NCBI RefSeq assembly: GCF_009914755.1
Contig: NC_060931.1
DNA: 64,000 nucleotides
Strand: one strand, 5' to 3'
Origin: the human T2T-CHM13v2.0 reference genome, Homo sapiens
A program made the translations under genes and the position numbers. Under the pieces are notes generated by a model, which saw only the letters and a list, made by a program, of their open reading frames with translations, was not told the DNA's origin and did no database searches. Positions 1-21,835 of this stretch are shown in pieces. Every line of letters starts with the position of its first letter. Position 1 is the first letter of the stretch.

Positions 1-697
1 GATGGGTGTGAGGTGGTATTTCTGTGTTTTAAGGTGTGTACCCTGATGGGTGTGAAGTGGTATTTCTGTGTTTTAATTTGTGTACCCTGATGGGTGTGAA
101 GTGGTATTTCTGTGTTTTAATTTGTGTACCCTGATGGGTGTGAAGTGGTATTTCTGTGTTGTAACGTGTGTACCCTGATGGGTGTGAGGTGGTATTTCTG
201 TGTTTTAATGTGTGTAACCTGATGGGTGTGAGGTGGTATTTCTGTGTTGTAATATGTGTACCCTGATGGGTGTGAGGTGGTATTTCTGTGTTGTAATGTG
301 TGTACCCTGATGGGTGTGAGGTGGTATTTCTGTGTTGTAATGTGTGTACCCTGATGGGTGTGAGGTGGTATTTCTGTGTTTTAATGTGTGTAACCTGATG
401 GGTGTGAGGTGGTATTTCTGTGTTGTAATGTGTGTACCCTGATGGGTGTGAGGTGGTATTTCTGTGTTGTAATATGTGTACCCTGATGGGTGTGAGGTGG
501 TATTTCTGTGTTGTAATGTGTGTACCCTGATGGGTGTGAGGTGGTATTTCTGTGTTGTAATGTGTGTACCCTGATGGGTGTGAGGTGGTATTTCTGTGTT
601 GTAATGTGTGTACCCTGATGGGTGTGAGGTGGTATTTCTGTGTTTTGTGTACCCTGATGGGTGTGAGGTGGTATTTTTGTGTTTTAATGTGTGTACC
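1..697. repeat. Minisatellite (VNTR), ~44-bp unit, ~16 copies, cut by the window start
   Basis: Unit ctgatgggtgtgaggtggtatttctgtgttgtaatgtgtgtacc with shorter variant units. Confidence 0.95.
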
Positions 698-1450
<753 letters not shown>

Positions 1451-2739
1451 CCAAATTAATGTGACTATACTACTAGGCAGATGTTCATCAGAACATTGAT
1501 ATGTTCTCAGTACCAGTGTAGGTCAAGGTGAGATTTACTCCTGGCTTTCCCAACATACTAGCATTGATTATCTGTCTCATCACTTTGTCTAAAATGTTAA
1601 CACACTTTTTCTAGCAGCAAAACATTTTTGTAAGTGGATTTAAGTTCAAACAAGATATCTGATATAGAAATGATTTCTTTTTACAGAAGATGATGCTGAT
1701 GGCCAGATCTTGGAACTGCTCTGGCAAAGAGCTCAATACTGAGGGCTTGGAAATTAGCAACGGCTTTGCTGTGTGCATTTTGATATGGATCACGCTATGG
1801 TCCTTGGCCGTCTACGCTGCCCTTGGCCGTCTACGCGGCTATCTTCAGAGTGCTTCCCTCTCTTCTGCCACTCCTGTCGCTGGCTGTTTTTATGTTCACT
1901 GCCCCATCATCTCTTTAGCCAATTAAAATCTCCGTCTGGGCAAAGGTAGCTTACACTGCTCTCTCCACTCCCTGTGCTCTGCGGGGAGTGCTACGTGGTA
2001 GCTGGGAAGTGAGAAACAAACACTAGGCAAATGCCTTTTGGACGGGACTGTTCAGACTTTGTACCGCTGGCTAATATTTATCTACTGCTCGGAAGCCAGC
2101 AGTCCACCTTCCTTTCATTTCCTGCTGGTGAAAATTCCATCTTCTGGGTTGCACAATAAGTTAACCTGATTTTGAAGTCGCAAGGAGTTTTTTGGACCCT
2201 CGTCTCTCCTTTCTTGCTCTTCCTTCCCTTCTTCTGAGCCTGGGATCCCCTGGGGAAAGGACATGTGTGGCCGCTGGCTCCTCTCAGGCCACATTCTCCC
2301 CCGATCTCACTGCTTAAAAGGCTGGGGACACCCCCCAGCTGCAGCAGACAGTGTCTTGAGCAGGGCCTCCAGCTTGGGCTAAATGCCCGCCCCATGGCCA
2401 GTCTCTGAAGACAAGGCAGGGAGAGCAGGCAGGTGATGAGATTCCATCATGTGCTCAGTTGCTTGAGTCATGCCATGCCTGGCCAGCCACAGGGGGCAGG
2501 GGTCAGCAGCCCAGCAGTTCCCACTGGCTACATGTGGGGCTGTGGGGGCAGGGGAGGGAGCAGCTCCCCCAAAGAAGGAGAGTGGTTTTCCTCTACTAGA
2601 TGGACAGAACAATAAATGTTCACCACCCAGGAAATCAGTCCTGGCTCAGACCCTTCTAGGTGGTGTGACCCCAGCCAAGTCCTTTATTCTCAAATGACCC
2701 CCAGTTGCCTTACACTTTATAAGGTGGCCTTCCAATTTT

Positions 2740-2889
2740 GTTTTGTGTTTTAAGAAACAGTATCTTGCTCTGTTGCCCAGCCTAGAGTGCAGTCGTGTGA
2801 TCATGGCTCAGTATAGCCTCAAACTTCTGGGCTCAAGGAATCCTCCTGCCTCAGCATCTGGATTACCTGGGCTACAGGCCAGCCTAATT
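2740..2889 (-). mobile_element. Partial Alu (one arm)
   Basis: tcttgctctgttgcccag...ctcaaggaatcctcctgcctcagc. Confidence 0.8.
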
Positions 2890-2907
2890 CTGAAATCCTG
2901 TCATTCT

Positions 2908-3200
2908 GGCCAGGCACAGTGGTGCATGCTTATGATCTCAGCACTTTGGGAGGCTGAGGTGGAAGGATTGCTTGATCCCAGGAGTTGGAGACCAGCCTGG
3001 GTAACACAGTGCAACCTTGTCTGTACAAAAAATTTAAAAATCAGCTGAGTATGGTGGCACATGCCTGTAGTCCCAGCTACTCAGGAGGCTGAGGTGGGAG
3101 TATTGCTTGAGCCCAGGAGTTCAAGGCTGCGACGAGCTATGATTGTGTCACTGCACTCCAGCCTGGGCAACAAAGCGAGATCTTGTCTCAACAGAAACAA
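2908..3200 (+). mobile_element. AluJ
   Basis: Dimer with J-type ttgagcccaggagttcaaggctgc. Confidence 0.9.
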
Positions 3201-5396
3201 CTGTATAGTACGCTAATTGTGGAGTGGGGATGTCGCTGTGTGCCTTAGGAAGTGTTAGTCTCTCCACTTTAAGCTCCAGGCATGTTAGGTGACCACCATG
3301 AGGTCGCTTCACATCATAAAAAGCACCCAGGAAATGCTGAGGACACTCATGGAGGCATGGCTTCATGAGGTTTGTCATTAGCCAAAATGAAAAATTAGTT
3401 TACTTTTTAAATTATAATAAAAATGGCCAGATTTATTTATTCAACCGTTAATATTTGAGGAATTAAACTCATGGTTATTAGAATGGCAGCACCAGCTTTT
3501 GTACATGTCCCTCGCTGGGAGGGGAATTTAACTTCTTTCAATAAGAACAGGTTTTAATAACTCGATCCTGCAGATTCGCTCCATGACTGGGCTGCTCTAA
3601 CATCAGCTGCCGAGGGCTGTTGGTTGATGCTCAACTGAGACTCCCTGTAGTGGGGAACAGTCTTGTATTCACTTTTGTGCCCCGACTGCCCAGCCCCAGG
3701 CCTGGAATATCTCAACGTGTGTTTGCTAGGTGAACATCCAATGTTAACGAGAAGCAAATACACTCACCCCCTGGAAGGCAGCCCAAAGGCAGAAGGGACA
3801 CAGGCTAGTAACTGGTGGTGAGTTGGCATAGGGGGAGCATGGATGTAAGAATAATGAATGTTCAGGCAGTACACACAATTTGGACTCAGAAAAATAAAAC
3901 AATGTTAGAAAGAAAAAGATGGAAGTTTGAATGTTAGAAGCAAAGGTGTAATATGGACAAATGGTAAAAGATGAGTTATATTCAAAAGCAGATAGATTTA
4001 ACTTAGAAAGACATTTAACATTCCCATGTTCAGAAGCAATATTTTATTTGCTTTTACACAATCTCAATGCTATTATTAACATTGTGCAGTAATTTTATAC
4101 AGCTCTCTGCAGCACGCAAAACACTTCTACTGAAGTTATCTCATGTGTGGGCGGCATGAGGCATGAAGAAGGTGTCTGAGATGGGTTTCCTCCACCATCC
4201 TCAGTACCACCCTAGGATGTTTTATCTCCCTGCTTTCCATTTGTAAAACAACAAAGGAAGAATGTGAGACACTTGCGGGAGCAGGTAGCTCCCCAAGAGT
4301 AAGCCCTGTCTCTAGAGTAAGACTTTAAATATGCTTCTGGAGCATGACCAAAAACAGTATCTCACCAGAATAACACAAATAATGTGTGTGTCACATGACA
4401 AGTCATCATTAGCAAAGGGAAAACATTCTTGTTTCATAAGCCAGCATGGTGCATATTTGTACTTAAATGGGACCCTCTTTGAGGAGCAGCTCAGATCCTA
4501 AAAGTGAGAATCCGCATGACCATTTCTCTATGGTTTCCATTACTAAACGCATTATTTAATCGACATCTTTAGATCGAAAATCACTCAATTTGTATGATGT
4601 ATTTTACTCTTACTATGCATTAGGATGGCATCCTCTTAATGACTTTATAAAGTGTTGTTAATAATGAAAAAAGATAGGCTAAGGAAAAAGCACCATAAAA
4701 AGAGAATTCGTTATGACTGAAATTAATAACAGAGAAGTAAAAATTGGGACAAAGGATGACTCTGACATTTCTTTCTTGGTAAGTGATAGTAACAGATCCC
4801 TCAAAAGGGTTGCACTGCAGACGCCTACGTGTGCAGAGGAATGTGACTGTGAAAACGGCTTGTGAGGCTTCAGGCCAAAGTAGAGAGAGATGCACAGGTG
4901 CACTCTGAGAAAAGAAAGGTTTGTCTTCTTGTTTTGAGGTCCTAGGAGAGGCACAGGGCCTGTGGCCCAGATACAGTGCCACACGCAGGTCTCGGGACTG
5001 GGTCAGAACAAATGGCTCAGGACCATTCACTCTTTTGTGACTCAGACTAGCAATTAGCCTCTCTGCATCCTCCTGGCCTTCTCACTTGTGAGGTGAGGCC
5101 AATTGCCCCCTATCCTATAGATGTTGTGTGTGAATAAATGAGGATTTGTCAACAAAATAAGATGAATGAGCTCCTTGGGAACGGGTGCCATTTAAATGCA
5201 AGCCACAGCTTCTTCAGCCTTTCTGCCTTGGCCAGGCGAGGTCTGTGCACCAGCACCCTCTTCCAGGACTCTGATCTGTGCTGTCTGTCCTTTGCTCGCC
5301 CCAGGAGTTCACCTGCATGACCTGAACTCACTTCACACAGACCCAAAGTCTCAGAGCTGCAGTTGAATGTTTCTTTCTGCTTTTAAGACATTTGAA

Positions 5397-6040
5397 GCTG
5401 GGCAGGGGGCTCATACCAGTCATCCCAGCGCTTTGGGAGGCTGAGGTGGGAGGATCACTTGAGGCCAGGAGTTTGAAATCAGTGTGGGCAACATAGTGAG
5501 ATTCCATCTCTATCAAAAATAATTTTAAAAATTAGCTGGGTATGGGCTGGGTGCAGTGGCTCATACCCGTAATCCCAGCACTTTGGGAGGCCGAGGCGGG
5601 CAGATCACCTGAGGTCAGGAGTTCAAGACCAGCCTGGCCAACATGGCAAAAACCTAAATACTAAAAATATAAAAAATTAGCCGGGTGTGGTGGCAGGCGC
5701 CTGTAATCCTAGCTACTCGGGAGGCTGAGGCATGAGAATTGCTTGAACCTGGGAGGTAGAGATAGTGTCACTGCACTCCAGCCTGGGTTACAAGAGCAAC
5801 TCGGTCTCCAAAAAAAAATTATCTGGGCATGATGGAGTGTGCCTGTAGTCCCAGCTACTTGGGAGACTGAGGCAGGAGGATCATTTGAGTGGTGCAATCT
5901 CGGCTCACTGCAGCCTTGACCTCCCTGGGCTCAAGTGATCCTCTTGCCTCAGCGTCCCGAGTAGCTGGGACCACAGGTGCACACCGCCACACCTGGCTAA
6001 TTTTTGTATTTTTGTATAGATGGGGCTGGCTATGTTGCCC
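5397..6040. mobile_element. Alu cluster: AluJ(+) interrupted by AluS(+, 5545-5818), fused to an inverted AluJ(-, 5890-6040)
   Basis: Duplicated aaaaatta[g/t]ctggg[t/c]at flanks the inner Alu; strand switch at ~5889. Confidence 0.85.
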
Positions 6041-6882
6041 CCTCCTTTCCTCACTTTCTTCCTCAAATGCACTTTGCCATTAACATGAATGTCCATCCTG
6101 AGGTTTCAGCAGATCAGAAAAGTTTCCTCAATACCTCGTCCAGCTAGACTCCGGAAATGTGAAATGATAAAATTAGGGAAATAGATAGCTTTGGAAATGT
6201 GAAATAAAATTAGGGAAATAGCTCCTAAACAGCAATATTTGAGTCCATAATAGAGGTGCACAGTGTGAACAGTGAGAGGAAGCAGATCAAACAGCCCTGT
6301 TTCCCAACCTAAAACACCCAGGGAAGTGGTTTTCACATGTTAAACAACATACAAAGCACCTGGGAAGTGATTTCCTGAGCCAATCTCTGGAAATTAAGAT
6401 TTAGTAAACTAGCATGGAACCCAGGAATCTGCATTCTGACAAGATCTCAAAAGTAATTTTGATGGAAATTTCTAAAATGGACCACATTTTGGCAAATGCT
6501 GATGTATGAAATAACTGCCATAGAGCCATAATATCCAAAGTGGAGTACAGATATAAAATATATAATACATAATATAATATTTCAACAGATTATATGAACA
6601 TGCAGGTAAATTAAGAAGCATGACAGGCAAGGCGCGGCTCTCGCCTATAATTCTAGCCTGAGTGACAGAGCAAGATCCTGTCTCTCTAAAACAAAACAAA
6701 ACAAAACACCAACGTGATAGGATGAACACTGCAAATGCTGCATCCTATCTGAAAACTAGAACATGACCCAATGTGTGGCGTCTCCCGTGGGGCTCTTTTC
6801 TCTATCCCCTTCCCCAGACTCCTTTGCAGACACTTTCCTTAATTTGTGTTTACTATGCTCTTGCTTTTAGAAATATTAGTTT

Positions 6883-7155
6883 TGGCCAGGCACAGCGGCT
6901 CATGCCTATAACCCAACACTTTGAGGGGGCTGAGGCAGGAGGATCACTTGAGCTCCACAGTTCAAGACCCGGCTGGGTAACACAGGGAGACCCCGTCTCT
7001 ACAAAACAAAAACAAAAAATTAGCCAAGCATGGCGGTACACACCTGTGGTCCCAGCTATTCAGGAGGCTGAGGTGGGAGGGTTGCTTGAATTCTGGAGGT
7101 CAAGGACACTGCATTCTAGCCTGGGCAACAGAGTGAACCCTGTCTGAGAATAAAA
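6883..7155 (+). mobile_element. AluJ
   Basis: Dimeric Alu, diverged. Confidence 0.9.
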
Positions 7156-7178
7156 TTACTTAAAAAAAATAACATATA

Positions 7179-7214
7179 ATACTTACCCAGCAGAGGAGAT
7201 GCCATGATCAGGAA
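7179..7214 (+). pseudogene. 3'-truncated U1 snRNA retrocopy
   Basis: atacttacccagcagaggagatgccatgatcaggaa matches U1 nt 1-36 (ATACTTACCTGGCAGGGGAGATACCATGATCACGAA) at 31/36; flanked by aaaaaata[a/g]cat direct repeat. Confidence 0.85.
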
Positions 7215-7229
7215 AAAATAGCATGGACT

Positions 7230-8290
7230 GCATACCTAAACAATATGTTGCTTAGTTTTACTTGGTTTTGAGCACAAAAATGAAATACAATACACTTCTG
7301 AGACTTTTGAAAAAAAAGAAAAACCTTAGTATTGTTAGAGCAGTTTTAGGCTCACAGAAAAATTCAGAGAAAGGTGTGGAGATCGCCCATATCCCCACCT
7401 TTCCCAACACTGGCAAAGTCTCCCCATTATCAGCGTCCCCCACCAGGGCAGCTCATTTGTTCCAACTGCTGAGCCCTTGACACATCATTATAGCCAGAAG
7501 TCCATGTTCAGATTAGGGTTCACTCCTGGTCTTCTGGGACTTTCTCACTTAATAAAGAACTATGTTTCTGGCACTCATCCAGTTTGTTGGGAGTATCTCT
7601 GGTTCACCCGTTTTCACTAATGTGTGCTAGTCTATTGTATGAATATGCCAGAATTTACATATTCAATTGTATACAATCTCCTGTGAATGGACGTTTAGGT
7701 TATTTACAATTTCTTGTTCTTACAGTTGCTATGAATATAATTATAAATATCCCCTGGAGCTTAAGTTCTAGAGTTTCTCTAGGTTATGCACTTACGACTA
7801 GACTCTGGGTCATGAATCCGCAGTAGAAGGTGGCGTCAGACTGTTTTCTACAGTGGCTGTATCCATACACGTTCTCAACCACAGTGTATTAGTGTTCTCA
7901 TTGGTCCATGTCGCAATTAACTGTTACTATTAGATTTTGTCAATTTAGTGGGTTAATTTGCATTTCTCTAGTTACTAATGAGGTTGAAAATCTTTCAAAA
8001 TATGTTGGAGTCCTTTTGTTTCCTTTTCTGTGAAATGTCTATCTGTATTTTGTACTATTTTTCTATTTTTTTGTTTGCTGTTTATTATTGATGTGTTGGA
8101 CTTCCTTGTATTCTGTAAACTAATCCTTCATTGGAAATATGTTGTAAATATCTTCTTTGAATTTGTTCCTTGTCTTTTAATTTTTTTCTTATGTCTTTTG
8201 ATAAATGCAAGATCTCTTATTTTTAATATAATGGATTTTTAAAATGTTTTATTACTACCATTTTTATATCTTTTTAAAACAAGTTCTTCA
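7230..8290 (-). mobile_element. Old L1M fragments (including an L1MC-type 3' end at ~7330-7530)
   Basis: Antisense L1 3' motifs. Confidence 0.65.
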
Positions 8291-8734
8291 ATAAACATAA
8301 AAATATTTCCTTCTGATTTAATCTGTGTATGCAAAAATGCTGTAAACATTTCCAAATATCTGTGATGTAACCTTAAAAAGGTTTATTTTTTACACATGTT
8401 AAGAGTCCAGTGCAGACTGGGGGGAAGGGAAAGGACACACAGGGATTTCTGCTCCACACAGTCATTCAGGTACCCAGTCTCCTTCCATCCCAAAGCTCTG
8501 CCATCCCCAGGACTTTGGAGCCCTTCTCCAGAATTTTGCATCTAATGAAGCCAAGGAAATACAAAAAGTGTGAAGGCAACACAGGAGGTCAGGCCTGAAA
8601 GTAGCACATATTCTTGCTATTAACAGGATATGACAATCACCTTGGAGGTTGTTTGAAAGGCAGAATCCTAGGCCCTACCCCACACCTTCTAAATCTGTAT
8701 TTGCATTTACTACAGAATCTTCTGGTGAATAGCT

Positions 8735-8865
8735 GCAACGACTTATGCCACGAGCTACCCAGAGCAGGTGCAGACTTCACAGGTTAAGGCCCAGTCCTCC
8801 ACAAGCCTGTCCTTGCTCAGACACCAGCCGCAAGCTCAGGGCGTCTCAGGCCACTCCCACTCTAT
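8735..8865 (-). mobile_element. MER21-like LTR fragment
   Basis: Reverse complement resembles the end of the 36436-37075 LTR (cacaggttaagg...cacaag). Confidence 0.55.
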
Positions 8866-10498
8866 TGTTTGTTCATCTGAACATGTCCTTAGTTTGTCTC
8901 ACTATTGAAAGTTAGTGCTTGGGGATGCCTAATATTTGGTGGGCAATTTCTTTCTCTCAGTACTTTGAAGATATTATTCCTCTATCTCTAGCTTCTGTTT
9001 TTGCTACTAAAAAGTATTTTATGAGTCTAATTGTCGTCGTGTGGTAGGTGATCAGATAGTTCTCCCTATTAAAAATGTAAAAATACAGTACTTAAATTCA
9101 CTGAGGAATAATTCATATGCAATGAATAGCTCACATTTTAATTATACGATTTAATAAGCCTTGGCAACTTTATATATGCTTGTGAGGCTACAACAAGCAA
9201 GGTACAGAACATTTGCATCGCAACAAAAACTGCGCCTTTTCCCAGGCAACCAGTAATCTGCTGTCTGTCAGCAGAAATTAATTTTGCCTTTTTAGAATTA
9301 CTTGTTAGTTGCTCTATGCACTTTCTCGAGTCTGGCTGCTTCTTTGCCTAATCCTGATATTTCTGAGATTCATCTATGTTGTGTGTATATTAGCATGTTC
9401 TATATTACTAAATAATATTCCATTGTATAAATACATTACAGTTTATTGATTCACATATTGGCAAATATTTAGGCTGTTTCTACTCTGAGGCCATTATAAA
9501 TGAAGGTGTTATGAACATTTGGTTTTAAAGAGTCTTTGCTGTGGCCATATGTTTTCACTTCTCTTGGATAAATGCACAGAAGTGAAATTGCTGGGTCACA
9601 TGTAAGTATATCTTAACTTTATTAAAAATCAAACTGTTTTCCAAAGTGGCCGTATGATTGTAAATTTCCACTAAAAAGGTATGTGAGTTACAGTTGCTCT
9701 ACACCCTTGGAAAAAGTTGGTATTTTAAGACTTTAATTTTAGTCACTCTCGTAGATGTATATTGGAATTTAAACGTGATTTTAATTTGCATTACCCTAAT
9801 GATTAATGATGTTGAACATCTTTCATGTGCTTATCGGCCACAGATGTATCTTCTTTTGTAAGGTGTCTGTTCCAATCTTTTGCCCACTTAAAAAAGTAGA
9901 TTGTCCTATAATGTGAGTTCTTATCAATGTGTTCTGGATACAAGCCATTAATCAGGTATATGTGTTACAAATATATTCTCCATTGTGTGACTTGCTTCCT
10001 CCTTTTCTTAATGGCAGCTAAGAGCAGAAGTTTTTAATTTTTAGAAAGCCCAACTTTTCCATTTTTCTTTTATAGTTTGTATATTTTATATCCTGTTTTA
10101 AAAAATCTTTGCCAACCCAAATGTTATAAATAATTTTTCCCCGGGGATTTCTTCTAGAATTTTATAGTATTCGTTTTTAAACATAGGTCTACAGTACATC
10201 TCATATTGATTTTTGTGCGTGTGGGGTGCAGTAATGGTTAAGGTTTGTTGTTTCAGGCCATTTACAGAAAAGACTTTCCTTTCACCATTGAATTACATGT
10301 ATAACTTTGATGAAAACCGATTGGCCATCCATGTGTCTGTCTACTCCTGGAATGTATACTATTTTTTTTACACTGATTGAAGTGTTTGCTCTTATCAATA
10401 CCACACTGTCTGGAATACTGTACCTTTATAATAATTATTGGAAAAACATACTATATGTGCCTCAACATTGACCTTAGTTTTAAAAATTGTTTTGGTTG

Positions 10499-11594
10499 GG
10501 ACTTCATGATTAAAACACCAAAAGCAATGGGAACAGAAGCCAAAATAGACAAATGGGATCTAATTAAACTAAAGAGCTTCTGCACGGCAAAGGAAACTAC
10601 CATCAGAGTGAACAGGCAATCTACAGAATGGAAGAAAATTTTTGCAATCTACCCATCTGACAAAGGGCGAATATCCAGAATCTACAAAGAACTCAAACAA
10701 ATTTACAAGAAAAAAACAAACAACCCCATCAAAAAGCAGACAAAAAATATGAACAGACACTTCTCAAAAGAAGACATCTATGCAGCCAACAGACACATGA
10801 AAAAATGCTCATCATCACTGGCCATCAGAGAAATGCAAATCAAAACCACAATGAGATACCATCTCATGCCAGTTAGAATGGCAATCATTAAAAAGTCAGG
10901 AAACAACAGATGCTGGAGAGGATATGGAGAAATAGAAACGCTTTTACACTGTTGGTGGGAGTGTAAATTAGTTCAACCATTGTGGAAGACAGTGTGGCGA
11001 TCCCTCAAGGATCTAGAACCAGAAATACCATTTGACCCAGCAATTCCATTACTGGGCATATACCCAAAGGATTAAAAATCATGCTACTATAAAGACACAT
11101 GCACACGTATGTTTATTGCGGCACTATTCACAATAGCAAAGACTTGGAACCAACCCAAATGTCCATCAATGATAGACTGGATTAAGAAAATGTGGCACAT
11201 ATACACTATGAAATACTATGCAGCCATAAAAAAGGATGAGTTCATGTCCTTTGCAGGGACATGGATGACACTGAAAACCATCATTCTCAGCAAACTACCA
11301 CAAGGACAGAAAACCAAACACTGCATGTTCTCACTCATAGGTGGGAATTGAACAATGAGATCACTTGGACACAGGAAGGGGAACATCACACACTGGGGCC
11401 TGTCAGTGGGTGGGGGGCTGGGGGAGGGATAGCATTAGGTGAAATACCTAATGTAAATGACGAGTTGATGGGTGCAGCAAACCAATATGGCACATCTATA
11501 CCTATGTATCAAACCTGCACGTTGTGCACATGTACCCTAGAACTTAAAGTATAAGTAAAAAAAAAAAAAAAAAAGAAAGAAAGAAAAAGAAAAA
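10499..11594 (+). mobile_element. 5'-truncated L1PA (about L1PA6-8), ORF2 C-terminus + 3'UTR + poly-A
   Basis: ORF KTPKAM...[13 protein letters not shown]...LLGIYPKD(stop), then MFIAALFTIAKTWNQPKCP; G-rich 3'UTR; TSD aa[t/a]tgttttggtt. Confidence 0.95.
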
Positions 11595-12527
11595 TGCAAC
11601 TGACACACAGAAAAGAAATGTTTTGGTTATTTTAGGTCTTTGCATTTCCATACATTTCAGAATCAGCTTCTAATTTCTTCATAAAAGCTTGCAGAGAGTT
11701 TGACTGGACTGCACTGTTGATTAATTGATTAGTTAATTGGAGGAAATTGACACCTAAACATCATTGAGTCTTCCAAACAACACAGACTCTCCATCTCTTT
11801 AGGTCTCCTTTAGTTTTTGTCAGCAATTCTTTGAAGTTTATAGTATATAGGCCTTGCATACATTTTATTACATTTCCTAAATATTATTTATTAAATTATC
11901 CTAAATATTTCATGTTTTAGATGCTATTCTAAATTACATTTTTAAATTGTTTCTATGTTTGTTGCTAGTACATAGTAATACAGCTAACTTTTGAAAATAA
12001 CCTCGTATCCTTCAACTTTGCTAAATTCACTTATTCGTTCTCATAGATCTCCCTTTTGAGGATTCCTTGGGATTTCCTATATACACAATCATGTCACATG
12101 TGAATATCAACAGCTTTCCTTTCCTTTCCAATGATATGTTTTTTTTTCTTGCATCATACAATGGTAAACAGAAGTGGTGAGAGCAGATATCCTTGCGTTG
12201 TTTGCTTTCTTAGATGGAAAGCATTGCTTCCACCCTTGTGTGGCCTTTACTGTATGTTTGAATTAGGTTGAGGAAGTATCCTTTCATTCTTGGCTTTCTA
12301 AGAGTTTCTTTTATCATGAATATACTTTGAATTTTTCTTAGTAATTTTTCTGCATCCACTGAGATGTTCATATGGTTTTTCTCTTTTTTCTGTTATTACG
12401 ATGAATTGATAGTGAATATTAAACCAACCTTGCATTCCTGGGATAAACTCACTTAGTCACAATGTATTATTGTTTTTATATGTTGCAGTATTTAATTTAC
12501 TAGCACTTTATTAAAAATATTTGCATC

Positions 12528-12824
12528 AGCCAGGCAAGGTGGCTCAGGCCTGTAATCACAGCACTTTGGGAGGCTGTGGTGGGAGGATTTCTAGAGCCCA
12601 GGAGTTCAAAATCAGCTTGGGCAATATAGGGAGATTCCATCTCTACAAAAAATTTAAATATTAGCCAGGAATGGTGGCATGTGCCTCTAGTCCCAGCTAA
12701 TCTGGAGGCTGAGGTGGGAGGATCACTTGAGCCTGGCTGGTCGAGGCTGCAGTAAGCTAATGATAGCACTACTGCACTCCAGCCTGGGCAACAGAGCAAG
12801 ACCCTATCTCAAAAAAAAAAAAAA
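12528..12824 (+). mobile_element. AluJ with TSD aaa[a/g]atatttgcatc
   Basis: Full dimer, poly-A, TSD. Confidence 0.93.
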
Positions 12825-13449
12825 GATATTTGCATCTATGTTAATGAGGGATATTGGTCTATTGTTTTCTTTTATGTGACGTCTTTTTCTGGGTTTGATA
12901 TTAAGGTAATTCTGATATTATTAAATGATTTAGGAAGTATTTTCTTCTCCTCTGCATTTCTGGAAGAGTTTGTATATTCCTACTTCCTTGAATGTTTGAT
13001 AGAATTAACCAATAAAGACATTTGGCATGAAATTTGCACTCTTTCTGACAGTTTGCAGTCATCCTTATGTTTATTCTTCTGTATATAATGTCTTCTTTCT
13101 CACTTTTTAAAAGATTTTTGCTTTACCCCTGATTTTTAGCAATTTGATTATGATGTACTCTGTGGCTTCCTGTGTGGTTATTCTATTTGGAGTTTGTTGA
13201 GTTTCTTCAACTACAGTTTTATGATTTTTATCACATTTGGAAAAGCTTTGGCCATGATCTGTGTTGGGATTTGTCTCTGTTTCCTATGCTTCCCTACGGC
13301 TCCAGTTATGCACATGTGAGACTGCTTGACATTGTCCTACATGTCATTCATGCTCTGTTCATTTTTTAAGTCTTTTCTTTCTGTGTTTTTCTTGAGAAGT
13401 TTCTATTGTGCCCACGTTTTCTTCTGCATTGTCTAATGTGCTTTTAACT

Positions 13450-21830
<8,381 letters not shown>

Positions 21831-21835
21831 TACAG

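Noticed and set aside
1-697. CRISPR-like periodic array and 164-aa ORF (205-699)
   Set aside because: Head-to-tail tandem units with no unique spacers, in a mammalian context; the ORF is a by-product of the repeat
3300-5000. Repeat-poor stretch as a developmental enhancer
   Set aside because: No sequence-level evidence without conservation or chromatin data
10377-11351. 232-aa and 80-aa ORFs as a gene
   Set aside because: C-terminus of L1 ORF2 in a 5'-truncated copy, with a premature stop and no promoter
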